Source: Candidatus Adlerbacteria bacterium (GTDB lineage: Bacteria > Patescibacteriota > Minisyncoccia > Phycocordibacterales > SBAW01). Taken from it: a DNA stretch of 64,000 nt. Both the position numbers and the translations under genes were made by a program. How positions within the stretch are numbered: position 1 is the stretch's first letter; every line of letters starts with the position of its first letter. Location of the stretch: contig CAINNF010000012.1 of assembly GCA_903851045.1 (NCBI GenBank), positions 37,189 through 101,188 of the forward strand. The letters run 5' to 3'. Under the pieces are notes generated by a model. That model was not told where the DNA came from. It saw only the letters and a program-made list of their open reading frames with translations, and did not search any database. Of the stretch, positions 38,591 through 46,694 are shown one piece after another.

Positions 38591-39322
38591 TTCGCGGAGT
38601 ATTCTGTCTGCCTCCGCGTCGGACATCCCTACAGTGAGACGCGTGCTTAGCGCCTCATTGCGTGTGGATGCCCGCTCGACACTCTCAAGCCATGCATCCG
38701 AAATCTGTACACGCCGATACTCCTTACCGGCCTGCACAGCATCTGCGATAGACGGATTAGCCATCCACTGCAGACACTCTTCCAGCTGGAGCTGGTCTGC
38801 GCTTGGCAGAAGCTCGAACACAAGGAGCATCTGCCGCGAGAGAGTCGTGTGACGTATCTCCCCCGAGGCGAATATGACGCGACCGTACTCAATACTAGGT
38901 GCGCCACTCCACTCACGCGCCAGACTGAAGAGCAGAGCTCGACGCTTTATCCAAGAAAGCGACCGAGCGAACCCAGTCCCCTCTTGGAGCATGCGAGAAA
39001 AAGCCTGCTCCATTGGGAGCGACTCTCCATCACGCTCCATGCGGAGAAGCATGCTTGCTTCTTCCGCAATTGCTCGCCTGCACTCTTGCGATAGGGTTGG
39101 AGGTGCGAGCTCGCCACGGTACATGAATGCCCCGGTAGCACTTCTTTTCGCCAAAACTTGTAGTCTGGCTCGTACAACCGAGCCAATTTTCAGACTTGGC
39201 GGCAAAAATACAATGGGTCCGCGACGAATCCTCCCGCCGATGAAGCCGACGCGGTCGGCGTCACTTCTTCGGCCTCGCTCGACAGCGAGGTATTCCACCT
39301 TGCCGTCCCTGTTTTCATCCAT
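38585..39322 (-). CDS. Hypothetical 246-aa protein with an N-terminal TRAM-like domain (paralog of the N-terminus of 33979..35532).
   Basis: GRIRRGPIVFLPPSLKIGSVVRARL aligns with GGSIVFLPRDVDPGQIVRVEL, and RRAIAEEA aligns with RQAIAHEAE. The ORF track starts at 39436; the ATG at 39322 (MDENRDGK), preceded by GGAGAGGATGGAGAT, is the likelier start. Confidence 0.55.
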   Translation of the reverse strand: MDENRDGKVEYLAVERGRRSDADRVGFIGGRIRRGPIVFLPPSLKIGSVVRARLQVLAKRSATGAFMYRGELAPPTLSQECRRAIAEEASMLLRMERDGESLPMEQAFSRMLQEGTGFARSLSWIKRRALLFSLAREWSGAPSIEYGRVIFASGEIRHTTLSRQMLLVFELLPSADQLQLEECLQWMANPSIADAVQAGKEYRRVQISDAWLESVERASTRNEALSTRLTVGMSDAEADRILREP

Positions 39323-39346
39323 ATCTCCATCCTCTCCTTGCCCGTG

Positions 39347-39428
39347 ACCTAAGTCGTGGGCGTGGGTGCTGCGAACGTCCTTGCAGCTTGGTTGAAGATG
39401 TCCTCGCCATAATCCCGTCGAATCATGG
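39347..39428 (-). repeat. Leader repeat copy 2 (about 82 nt) upstream of the TRAM-like gene. Contains the imperfect palindrome CCATGATTC-gacg-GGATTATGG.
   Basis: Alignment with copy 1 shows a 12-15-nt indel and about 8 substitutions. Confidence 0.7.
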
Positions 39429-39627
39429 CGAGCCAACGCGTCGCTTTCGCGACACCGGTAGCCTGCATGCCTCCGATGCCGTGCTTGTGCGCCGCGATGG
39501 AGGCAAGGTCGAACGCGGCCGAAGGCGACTTATCCCGCGCAATGCCAATGCACTCCATACGGAGCGCCTCGGGCACCTGCGCGAGCACACCGGCACGAAG
39601 CTGGAGCTCATGCAGTGGACGAGACAT
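39349..39627 (-). CDS. Possible small ORF (92 aa) overlapping the HD-gene stop and reading through leader repeat copy 2. Doubtful.
   Basis: Start overlaps the HD stop by 20 nt. GC-rich region. The corresponding frame in copy 1 is closed. Confidence 0.25.
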   Translation of the reverse strand: MSRPLHELQLRAGVLAQVPEALRMECIGIARDKSPSAAFDLASIAAHKHGIGGMQATGVAKATRWLAMIRRDYGEDIFNQAARTFAAPTPTT

Positions 39628-40132
39628 GCTCGACCTCCCGCAAAAGCTCCTCGATTAAGGGCGCGCCATCCGGATCGATCTCGTACCACAGCGGCAGCGC
39701 AGACCGAATCTCCGCAAGCTTGCGCTCACGGAACTCAGGTGGCGCGTGCCGCAGAGTGTTGAGATTGTCCAGGCGGTCGGACCGCTTCACAGTGACCGCT
39801 AAGCAGCCACCGACGGCCACGCGACGAAGATACACTGCATCCGGCTCCTCTTCCTCCTCGTGGCTTAATGCACGAACGACCCGCGCCACTCGCTCGCCGA
39901 ACTGCTCGGCAAGCGCAGCATCCGTCGTGTCCGTATCCTCGAGCACATCGTGCAAGAGGGCGGACACAATGAGATCCTCAGCATCACTGCCGAGGAGCCC
40001 GTTGTCGCACGCGAATTGCGCGGCAATAAGCGCCACGCGCATCACGTGCTCAATCTGGGACTCGCCGCCGGGGCGGGTTTGTCCCTTATGTCCCACTTGC
40101 GCGAACGCAAGCGCTGCGGGAATTTTATTCAT
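39608..40132 (-). CDS. Stand-alone HD-domain hydrolase of Rel/SpoT type (small-alarmone-hydrolase-like), 174 aa.
   Basis: HVMRVALIAA...ALLHDVLEDTDTT...EQFGERVARVVRALSH matches the ppGpp-hydrolase HD domain of RelA/SpoT/Mesh1 (RVA...ALLHDVVEDT...FG..VA.LV.GVTK). Start MNKIPAAL at 40132 with a GGAGA RBS; the ORF track over-extends to 40519. Confidence 0.7.
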   Translation of the reverse strand: MNKIPAALAFAQVGHKGQTRPGGESQIEHVMRVALIAAQFACDNGLLGSDAEDLIVSALLHDVLEDTDTTDAALAEQFGERVARVVRALSHEEEEEPDAVYLRRVAVGGCLAVTVKRSDRLDNLNTLRHAPPEFRERKLAEIRSALPLWYEIDPDGAPLIEELLREVEHVSSTA

Positions 40133-40241
40133 AGGTCTCCTCGTCCCTATCAACCCGCGAATGATCCGCGAGCTGAATAAGTCTGGCGAACGCACACGGT
40201 ACCACCGCGCACGCTCGCCAAAAAACCAAGAACCAGTTACT

Positions 40242-41975
40242 TCACCACGGGCACCGTGTCGTTTCGGTGCCCGAGATGACCTCTTCTGCGTCCCATATAA
40301 GGGCGTTTTCGTTCCAGAACGTGGCGGAAGTCTTGTCCGCGTTCCGGTCCCACGGCTCAGCGGGACACCGTGTCCCGATGAAAGCCGTGAGGAGAACGTA
40401 GGCACCGCCGGTGGTGCGCTTGACCAGCACCACCACCCGCGAGCACGGCTCGGGCTTCCGGTTTTTGACGAACCGGGTGAGCCCGCGACGATTCGGCCGC
40501 TGGGCATAGACGATTTCATCCGCGCTAGTTGTCGCGACGCGGATGTTTTCGCCGACGACTCGCCCCATGTCGAGTTCGGCGATAACGACCTCGCGGCTGT
40601 CCGAACTCATCATACTGAGTGCCTCAGCGAGGCACGGAAGCACGCTCGAGTGCGTGGCGACGTGACTATCTTTCACGTCGACCACAAATTCACCCGACGC
40701 AAGCCGTCCCAAAATGGGGACGCCCCAGCGCAAAAGATCGAACGAAACCGGGAAGATTTCCCCGACCTTTTCGTCCGGGCCGGCGACGACAACCGCCGGT
40801 CCAGCGAAGGGGTACGCCTCGTCCCACAGCCGCCCGCCGAGGGTAGGCTGCGCCCGGCCGGACTCAACCGGCCAGAACTGCCCCACCCACGGACAGCCCG
40901 CGCGCGCGTAGGCACGCACGAGTGTCGCATGGAGCCACATCGGCGGGCCGTCGTTTGCGACGACGGCCGGCCGTGAGGTGTCCACACCGGGCGGCACCAG
41001 TTGCCGCAGGTCATCCACCGTGATGAAGCGCGTATTGCGCCACTTCACCAAAGTGAATTCGGGAAGTGCGAGCACTTCCCACTCGACACCCGGACAAAAG
41101 CCCGAGCCCGACGGCGTCACTTCGGGGATACGGATGTACCCCTTGCTGACGTCGTAGAGCTCGACTGCGCCCGAGAGTCGGGCGGCGTAGGCCGAGGCCA
41201 GAATCGCCGCGCGGGCGTTGTACACTCGCACGGTTTCGAGTTTGTTTGCCGCACGCGCCAAGACGAGTGCCGGACGCAGATGCGCCGGACGCACGCCAAG
41301 AAATGGATCGTGCGCATCGTCAACGCCAAGCCGCGTCAACAGTGACGCGACATTAATGTTGGCGATGAGCTCTCCATTCGTGATCTCTCCGTTTTCACGG
41401 ATGATCTCACGAAGACGATTCACAACCGCGTCGAGCGTGGGCGACTGGATAGTCTGCCCACGCTCGAGTCCCGAGATCCGCCCGCGGACGACGCCGTCGC
41501 CGCGGTCGACATACAGCTCGCAGGTGCCGTGAAGCACACTGTCGAGCTCGGCGAGCACGGCGACATTGCGCGCAGCAGCAAATTGCCGCCACGCAACGAC
41601 TTCATCCTGCTTGGACGAGAGGATGATGCACGCGTCGCATGCATCAAAAATCCTCTCGTTCGCCTCGGAGCGAACGCCGCCGGTGTCTACCAACACCAGC
41701 GGTTGTTCGTTGGCTTTGATGGCCTCCACCATCGAGCCAACGAAGTTTTCCGTGAATTTTCCCTTTTGCCGCACCGCGGCGACCAAGACTTGGTCGCCAA
41801 AGTTACTCCAGTGCCACTCCCCATCGGGGGCGGCAAAGGCCAGATAGAAGCTGTCTGGCGGCAGCTGGCACATCAACTGCGCCAAGAATACGGACTTGCC
41901 GCTGTGCGGCGGCCCGCAGACGATGACACGCCGCATGGCGCTTCTCCTCTCTTTGTTTGTGTGAACCTTTATCAA
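40242..41975 (-). CDS. 577-aa protein: an N-terminal P-loop NTPase/kinase-like domain (about 150 aa) fused to a large uncharacterised C-terminal domain.
   Basis: Walker A VIVCGPPHSGKSV and LVLVDTGG (Walker B/G3-like). The C-terminal 400 aa have no recognised motif; the ELD..K / VVLVK stretch could be nuclease-like. GAGAGGAGAAG RBS. Confidence 0.6.
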   Translation of the reverse strand: MIKVHTNKERRSAMRRVIVCGPPHSGKSVFLAQLMCQLPPDSFYLAFAAPDGEWHWSNFGDQVLVAAVRQKGKFTENFVGSMVEAIKANEQPLVLVDTGGVRSEANERIFDACDACIILSSKQDEVVAWRQFAAARNVAVLAELDSVLHGTCELYVDRGDGVVRGRISGLERGQTIQSPTLDAVVNRLREIIRENGEITNGELIANINVASLLTRLGVDDAHDPFLGVRPAHLRPALVLARAANKLETVRVYNARAAILASAYAARLSGAVELYDVSKGYIRIPEVTPSGSGFCPGVEWEVLALPEFTLVKWRNTRFITVDDLRQLVPPGVDTSRPAVVANDGPPMWLHATLVRAYARAGCPWVGQFWPVESGRAQPTLGGRLWDEAYPFAGPAVVVAGPDEKVGEIFPVSFDLLRWGVPILGRLASGEFVVDVKDSHVATHSSVLPCLAEALSMMSSDSREVVIAELDMGRVVGENIRVATTSADEIVYAQRPNRRGLTRFVKNRKPEPCSRVVVLVKRTTGGAYVLLTAFIGTRCPAEPWDRNADKTSATFWNENALIWDAEEVISGTETTRCPW

Positions 41976-42110
41976 GCCAACCCCGTTTCACTGGGACGAG
42001 CTTGAGCAAGGTCTCGAGCCGGTTACCAACCAGCTCGAGGACCAAACCGAGTGAGCGTGCCGTGCCACGCTCACCAAACCGTTAACACCTACAACACGGG
42101 CAAGTGAAGA

Positions 42111-42536
42111 TTACGATTTCTGGAGGATCTTCACCTCCACCCGCGTGTACGTGACGTACACGCGGAACTGTTCGAAGCGCTCGCCGAGCTTGGCGGCGTA
42201 CGATTCGACGAGCACGGCCCAGTCCTCGTCGGACAGATTCGCCGCGTAGAGCGGCGACTTGTCGGACGTCAAGACGAGCGCCGGCTCGTGCTCGCCGTGC
42301 CAGCCGTCGCCAGTCGGGTAGGCGTAGGTGATCACCGAGTCGGTGACGATGAACGGAACGAACGGCTTGCCGGCAGCGCCGTCCTGCTTGTACAGGTCGG
42401 TCAGAAAGGCGAGGACCTCGCCCTTCTCCTGCGCGAATCCGGTGTAACCCTTCTTCAGACCGAGGTTGATCTCGGCCCGAATCGTGTTCCTGGCATGACC
42501 GACGTTGCCGTTCTCGGTCGGGATCGAATAAACCAT
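42111..42536 (-). CDS. Hypothetical protein (141 aa from the MVYSIPTEN start).
   Basis: Perfect AAGGAGG SD 7 nt before the ATG at 42536. The ORF track starts at 42572. Confidence 0.5.
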   Translation of the reverse strand: MVYSIPTENGNVGHARNTIRAEINLGLKKGYTGFAQEKGEVLAFLTDLYKQDGAAGKPFVPFIVTDSVITYAYPTGDGWHGEHEPALVLTSDKSPLYAANLSDEDWAVLVESYAAKLGERFEQFRVYVTYTRVEVKILQKS

Positions 42537-42731
42537 GAGTGTCCTCCTTAAGGACGTTTGGGGTATTGGCATGATTGCCTCACCCTTTCAAACAGTCGTG
42601 TATATGCAACGACACACAACAACTTGAAAGGGTGCACGAATGGGTACCAGCCATTCGTGCGAAAACCTGTACCAACGCGCCATACCGCGCTGATGCTATT
42701 AACCTTGCTCCTTATATGGAGGAGTTTGCCG

Positions 42732-43130
42732 TCAGGCCCGGACGAGCCGGGTGACGGCGTAGACCTGGCCGTCCGCCGTGCGGACGACTCCGTCCCGCGG
42801 GCCGGTGCCGGGGATGAAGACATCCTCGCGTGCGGCCACTTCGGGCCGCCCGCCGACGAGGGCGGAGACCAAGTAGACGGTCCCCTCCTCGGGCTCGGGC
42901 AGCCCCTCCACCGCACCATACGCGGTGCGGTCGAAGGTGGGCACACCGCCCAGGTCGGGCAGGCGCCCGCCTGGCGTGGTCGAAACCCGCGCGGGCGCGG
43001 GCCTGCCGTCCGCGCCAAGGCGCGGCAGGACGACGATGTCGGTCTCGTCCGGCTTCGGCGCCGTATTGGCGGCGTTCATCCGCAACCGGAGCGGGTGCGG
43101 GTTCAGGTTGAGGAACTTGACGTCGATCAT
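42732..43130 (-). CDS. Hypothetical protein (132 aa), Pro/Gly-rich. First gene of the island operon.
   Basis: GAGGGGG RBS before ATG (MIDVKFLNL). Confidence 0.5.
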   Translation of the reverse strand: MIDVKFLNLNPHPLRLRMNAANTAPKPDETDIVVLPRLGADGRPAPARVSTTPGGRLPDLGGVPTFDRTAYGAVEGLPEPEEGTVYLVSALVGGRPEVAAREDVFIPGTGPRDGVVRTADGQVYAVTRLVRA

Positions 43131-43336
43131 TTTTTAAAACCCCCTCGCATAACGGGAGCCCTTTCTCGCTTGGCGCTACTCAAGCAGAGTCCTGTATTTT
43201 TCCACTATGGGCCGCAGGACGCGGATGTTGATGATCGGGAATCAGCCCGCCTTCGCCACAGTGGCTACGGTCGAGCAAGAATGATCCCCGTGCAAAGACT
43301 TATGCATCGGTCTTCGCACGGGAAACACTCGGTTTG

Positions 43337-43425
43337 GTATGCGACCCCTCTTTCCAGCACGATGGGGCGAGCGCAATATATTTGTGCTGCTCGCATGCCG
43401 GCATAGTGCGGAAAAGAGGGGTCAC
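43337..43425. repeat. Nested-hairpin element: outer inverted repeat ATGCGACCCCTCTTTCC / GGAAAAGAGGGGTCACAT enclosing the GCGAGC..GCTCGC and ATGCCGGCAT palindromes.
   Basis: Read directly. The GCGACCCCTC core recurs at about 44207 and 49487. Confidence 0.5.
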
Positions 43426-43644
43426 ATCTGTGGATTTCCTTTCTCCTCGTTTGAAACCGCTATTCGATTAGCTCGAAGTGAGTCATCAGATACTGGTTTC
43501 AAGTAGGAGGACGAGCGCATAACCAAGCGCTCGCCTCAAGTTTGGAGAGTTTATACCCAGGCACTCCCCTGCCTGTTGCGAACGCTGCCGTGTCAGCGTT
43601 CGCGATGAACTATTCCCCTGCACGGAGGGGTTTGGAGGCGAATC

Positions 43645-44019
43645 TCACAAATCGTTGAGGTTCACCTCCACCGCCCCATCCTCCGGCCACTGCCGGAGTA
43701 CAAAACGTTTGCGATAGAGAGAGTACATCTCCCCACCGCGTCCGACGGCAACCTCGCCCTCAACCCCCACGAAGAGGGTCCGGGTGCCGTCGGAAGACCA
43801 AGTCACGACCAACCCCGGCATAGTGCCCGCCTTGGCATTTAGCCAAGGCGTGCAACCGGGATTGTCGACGAGCTGGGCGTAGCCAAGCTCTGGGAATTCC
43901 TCCCAGAGCCCTTTGGTACCCCACAGGGGACCCATCGAAACCCCAACCCACTTCCCAATCTGGCCGGAGAAGGCCAAAAAAGTAAGAGAGTTGTCGGAGT
44001 TCCGCATAATTTTTTTCAT
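43645..44019 (-). CDS. Hypothetical protein (124 aa from the MKKIM start).
   Basis: GGAGGA RBS before ATG. The ORF track extends to 44115. Confidence 0.45.
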   Translation of the reverse strand: MKKIMRNSDNSLTFLAFSGQIGKWVGVSMGPLWGTKGLWEEFPELGYAQLVDNPGCTPWLNAKAGTMPGLVVTWSSDGTRTLFVGVEGEVAVGRGGEMYSLYRKRFVLRQWPEDGAVEVNLNDL

Positions 44020-44949
44020 GTAATCCTCCATTTGGAGACCTCGTCCATCCCACACCCATGACAGTGCGGCGAGGCGGCCTTGCGGCCATGTTTGTGTGCC
44101 CGGGCAACGTGACACTGCACGAATTGGCGCGATGAAGGCGCCAACGGCCCGGTTTTAGTCAGCGTGACACTGCACGCGGGATCGCTCTTCTTTCGAAGTG
44201 CACATGCGACCCCTCTTTCCGGTTCGACTTCCCTCGATAAATCTCGGGATAAATCGCTCACCGTAAACGGCAAACGAACATTCAAGCCGGAGAAGAGGAA
44301 TAACATTGTGATTATCTGCTTTCGCAGAAAGTTTTTTCACGTTTTCCTGTTCTACCTATGGCATCCAGACACACTGTTTAGGAGCGATCTGGAAGAATTT
44401 TGTCAAAGACCTTTCCTTCAGGCGGCCGTGGCCTTGGCGAAGGAGCCCTCTCTATGAGGACATTTCTAAGCATGAAAGCTGGTTTAGGTCTTTCGTGCTC
44501 AGCCGATGTCTCCCCGAGCCTTTGGCTCGGGACCCCGCAAAGCTCGTGAGAGCGCAGTGGGGCCAAAACAACGTTCGATACAGCTGGCTTCTCGCCCTAC
44601 TCTCACGGCTGGGGACCCATTTGCGGAGGTGCCATGCCCGAGAGACCGTATCTGCAAATAGAGATTTATTTCGAGCCGCCTCTCATCCCCACTCTCTCCT
44701 CTTTCTACGCTTAGCCGCTTTGCAGCAGGGGCCGTAGTACCCTCCCGGCGAGCCGGGACTAGAGGTGGGGGACGATTCGAATGAAACCTCCCGTCTATGA
44801 TGAACTCTTGCTTCGGGCTATTCCCTCGGCATCTGACAACATCTTAGCATTTTCATTGCCAAGTGTCAAGCCATGTGTGGCAAATAATCGTTCTCGTGTC
44901 ACGCAAAATACCCTTGATTTGTATGTATTTTATACGAAATAAGGTTTTA

Positions 44950-44991
44950 TTTGTCACAGAAGCTTGACAAATCAACCCCTACGAGTATACT
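44950..44991 (+). promoter_or_regulatory. Promoter plus palindromic operator of TrmB paralog 1.
   Basis: TTTGTCA-cagaagct-TGACAAA palindrome overlapping the -35 TTGACA. A 16-nt spacer, then -10 TATACT, then 6 nt to the ATG (near-leaderless). Confidence 0.55.
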
Positions 44992-44997
44992 GGCAGT

Positions 44998-45840
44998 ATG
45001 GATACCAAAGAACTTTCGTATGGTCAGAGCTTGGTCGAGGCAGGTTTGACGAAGGACGAGGCGCTCGTCTACGAGACCCTCGTGCTGCGCGGCCCACTCC
45101 AAGCTGGCGTATTAAAGCGGCATGTTCCTCTCTCCCGCCCGCTGGTATATAAGGTGCTAGGGACACTTGAGGCGGCTGGGTTAGTCGAAAAAAGGGATGA
45201 ACCCGGCAAAGTCGCCGTCTTCGCCCCCGCGCATCCGCTGAAGTTACAGGAGTTGGTCGAGAGGCGCTTCGACGACGCTCAAAATGCAAAGTCCTCTCTC
45301 GAGGGAGCAATCTCGCGACTCATCTCCGACTTCAACCTCGTTTCGGGTAAGTCGGGTATACGGTTTTATGAGGGTACAGACGGCGTGCGTGAAGTACTTA
45401 ATGACGCACTCACAGCAAAGACCGAGATACTCGCCTATATAGACATCGAGACGGTGGAGCGCGAGATGGGGGAGGCAAGCAAAGCGTTTGGTATCGCTCG
45501 CAAAAAACGCGGCCTCCACAAGCGCAACATCGCCGTCGACACACTCGCTAACCGAGCACTCGTTGACCAAGAATATCTTGATGACATAACTAAAGAGCGG
45601 CTTATCCCTTGGTCAACGCCCACATTCAGTGTCTCGACGCAGATATACGACGATCGTGTGTCATATCTCACATTCGGCGCCCAGAAGATCGGCGTCATCG
45701 TCAACGACCCAGCAATTGCCGCCATGCATCGCGGGTTATTTGAGTTGGCGTGGAGTCACCCGAGCGCATATGTACCAAAGACTCACGCAGCTAAGGCAAG
45801 CGGCTCAGCTACTGACGACAACCGCTCGAATGCAGCATAA
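44998..45840 (+). CDS. TrmB-family transcriptional regulator (paralog 1).
   Basis: N-terminal winged HTH (LTKDEALVYETLVLRGPLQAGVLKR...LVYKVLGTLEAAGLVEK) plus a TrmB-like C-terminal domain. Confidence 0.8.
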   Translation: MDTKELSYGQSLVEAGLTKDEALVYETLVLRGPLQAGVLKRHVPLSRPLVYKVLGTLEAAGLVEKRDEPGKVAVFAPAHPLKLQELVERRFDDAQNAKSSLEGAISRLISDFNLVSGKSGIRFYEGTDGVREVLNDALTAKTEILAYIDIETVEREMGEASKAFGIARKKRGLHKRNIAVDTLANRALVDQEYLDDITKERLIPWSTPTFSVSTQIYDDRVSYLTFGAQKIGVIVNDPAIAAMHRGLFELAWSHPSAYVPKTHAAKASGSATDDNRSNAA

Positions 45841-46694
45841 TACTTTTGTGTACCCGACTCGTCCTGCTCCATGAAATAGCGCGTTAATACCATCCTGTCG
45901 TGCAATAAAGTTGGAAAATCTGGTACAGTCTCGCTCGCCACAAACTGCGTGAGCACAGAGCGCTCGCCGCGAGCAGCTCGCTCCATGATGTCTTTCCTCG
46001 ACAAACGTTTTGTTGCGAACAGATTGCCTTCGCGCCGCTCTAGAGCAAGTGTTGGCTCGCCCTGGTCTTCGAAACGGTGCGTAGCGTAAAAGTTGTAGTC
46101 CTCGAAGTATTTGCTCACGATAGGGGTGCGCACAATGTCGATGTCCGACTCTGCGACCAATACCGAACCCTTTTGTTCTTGGTCGATGCCTTGCTCCATC
46201 ACCGCCTGACCAAGCATGCCTCCCTCGAATGACTGACTGGTGAGAAACGAGGCGAGATGCTTCTTGGGGAGTTCGTCTTCACTGGTGCCGACTTGCTCGG
46301 CTGAAAAGTAACAAGCGATCTGCCCTTTATAGCGGTAGATATAGAACGTGGTTTGCTCACTCCCGAGCGCCTTTTCAAATTGTGCTCGCAACTCATGCTC
46401 CAACTCTGCGCCATACTTCCCCGCGTAGCGATATTCCCAAATGTGCCGCATATCTGTACGATTAACCTCCTGAAGCTGTGCCGCGTTGACACTTTCGAGC
46501 GTACCATCTCGCACTTGCTCGAGCGATAATTGGTTGCGTGTTTTGAGCACACGACACGCGTCGGTAAACAGCGCAATGTCTGCTTGCACCGACTGCGCGA
46601 GCGCCACCAGTCGCTCGGGTTCGTCTTTGTACGTGTGCGCATCAGCAAGTAGCTTGCGTGCGCGGTTAAGTTGTCGCTCAACTACCGCACCCAC
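45783..46694 (-). CDS. Hypothetical protein (303 aa). Its 3' end overlaps the TrmB-1 3' end by 58 nt.
   Basis: Long ORF with lower GC than its surroundings. Its start overlaps the upstream gene's stop by 13 nt, suggesting translational coupling. Confidence 0.55.
   Translation of the reverse strand: MGAVVERQLNRARKLLADAHTYKDEPERLVALAQSVQADIALFTDACRVLKTRNQLSLEQVRDGTLESVNAAQLQEVNRTDMRHIWEYRYAGKYGAELEHELRAQFEKALGSEQTTFYIYRYKGQIACYFSAEQVGTSEDELPKKHLASFLTSQSFEGGMLGQAVMEQGIDQEQKGSVLVAESDIDIVRTPIVSKYFEDYNFYATHRFEDQGEPTLALERREGNLFATKRLSRKDIMERAARGERSVLTQFVASETVPDFPTLLHDRMVLTRYFMEQDESGTQKYYAAFERLSSVAEPLALAA

Noticed and set aside
44430-44800. Possible tmRNA or RNase P RNA (GGGGGACGATTCGAAT and GTGAGAGCGCAGTGGGG resemble tmRNA 5'/T-arm and RNase P P-region motifs).
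   Set aside because: I could not build either the tRNA-like domain with a tag reading frame ending in ..AA-stop, or the P4 pseudoknot and GGAAAGUCCGG core. The resemblance is limited to short GC-rich strings. Worth a cmscan, but not supportable by eye.
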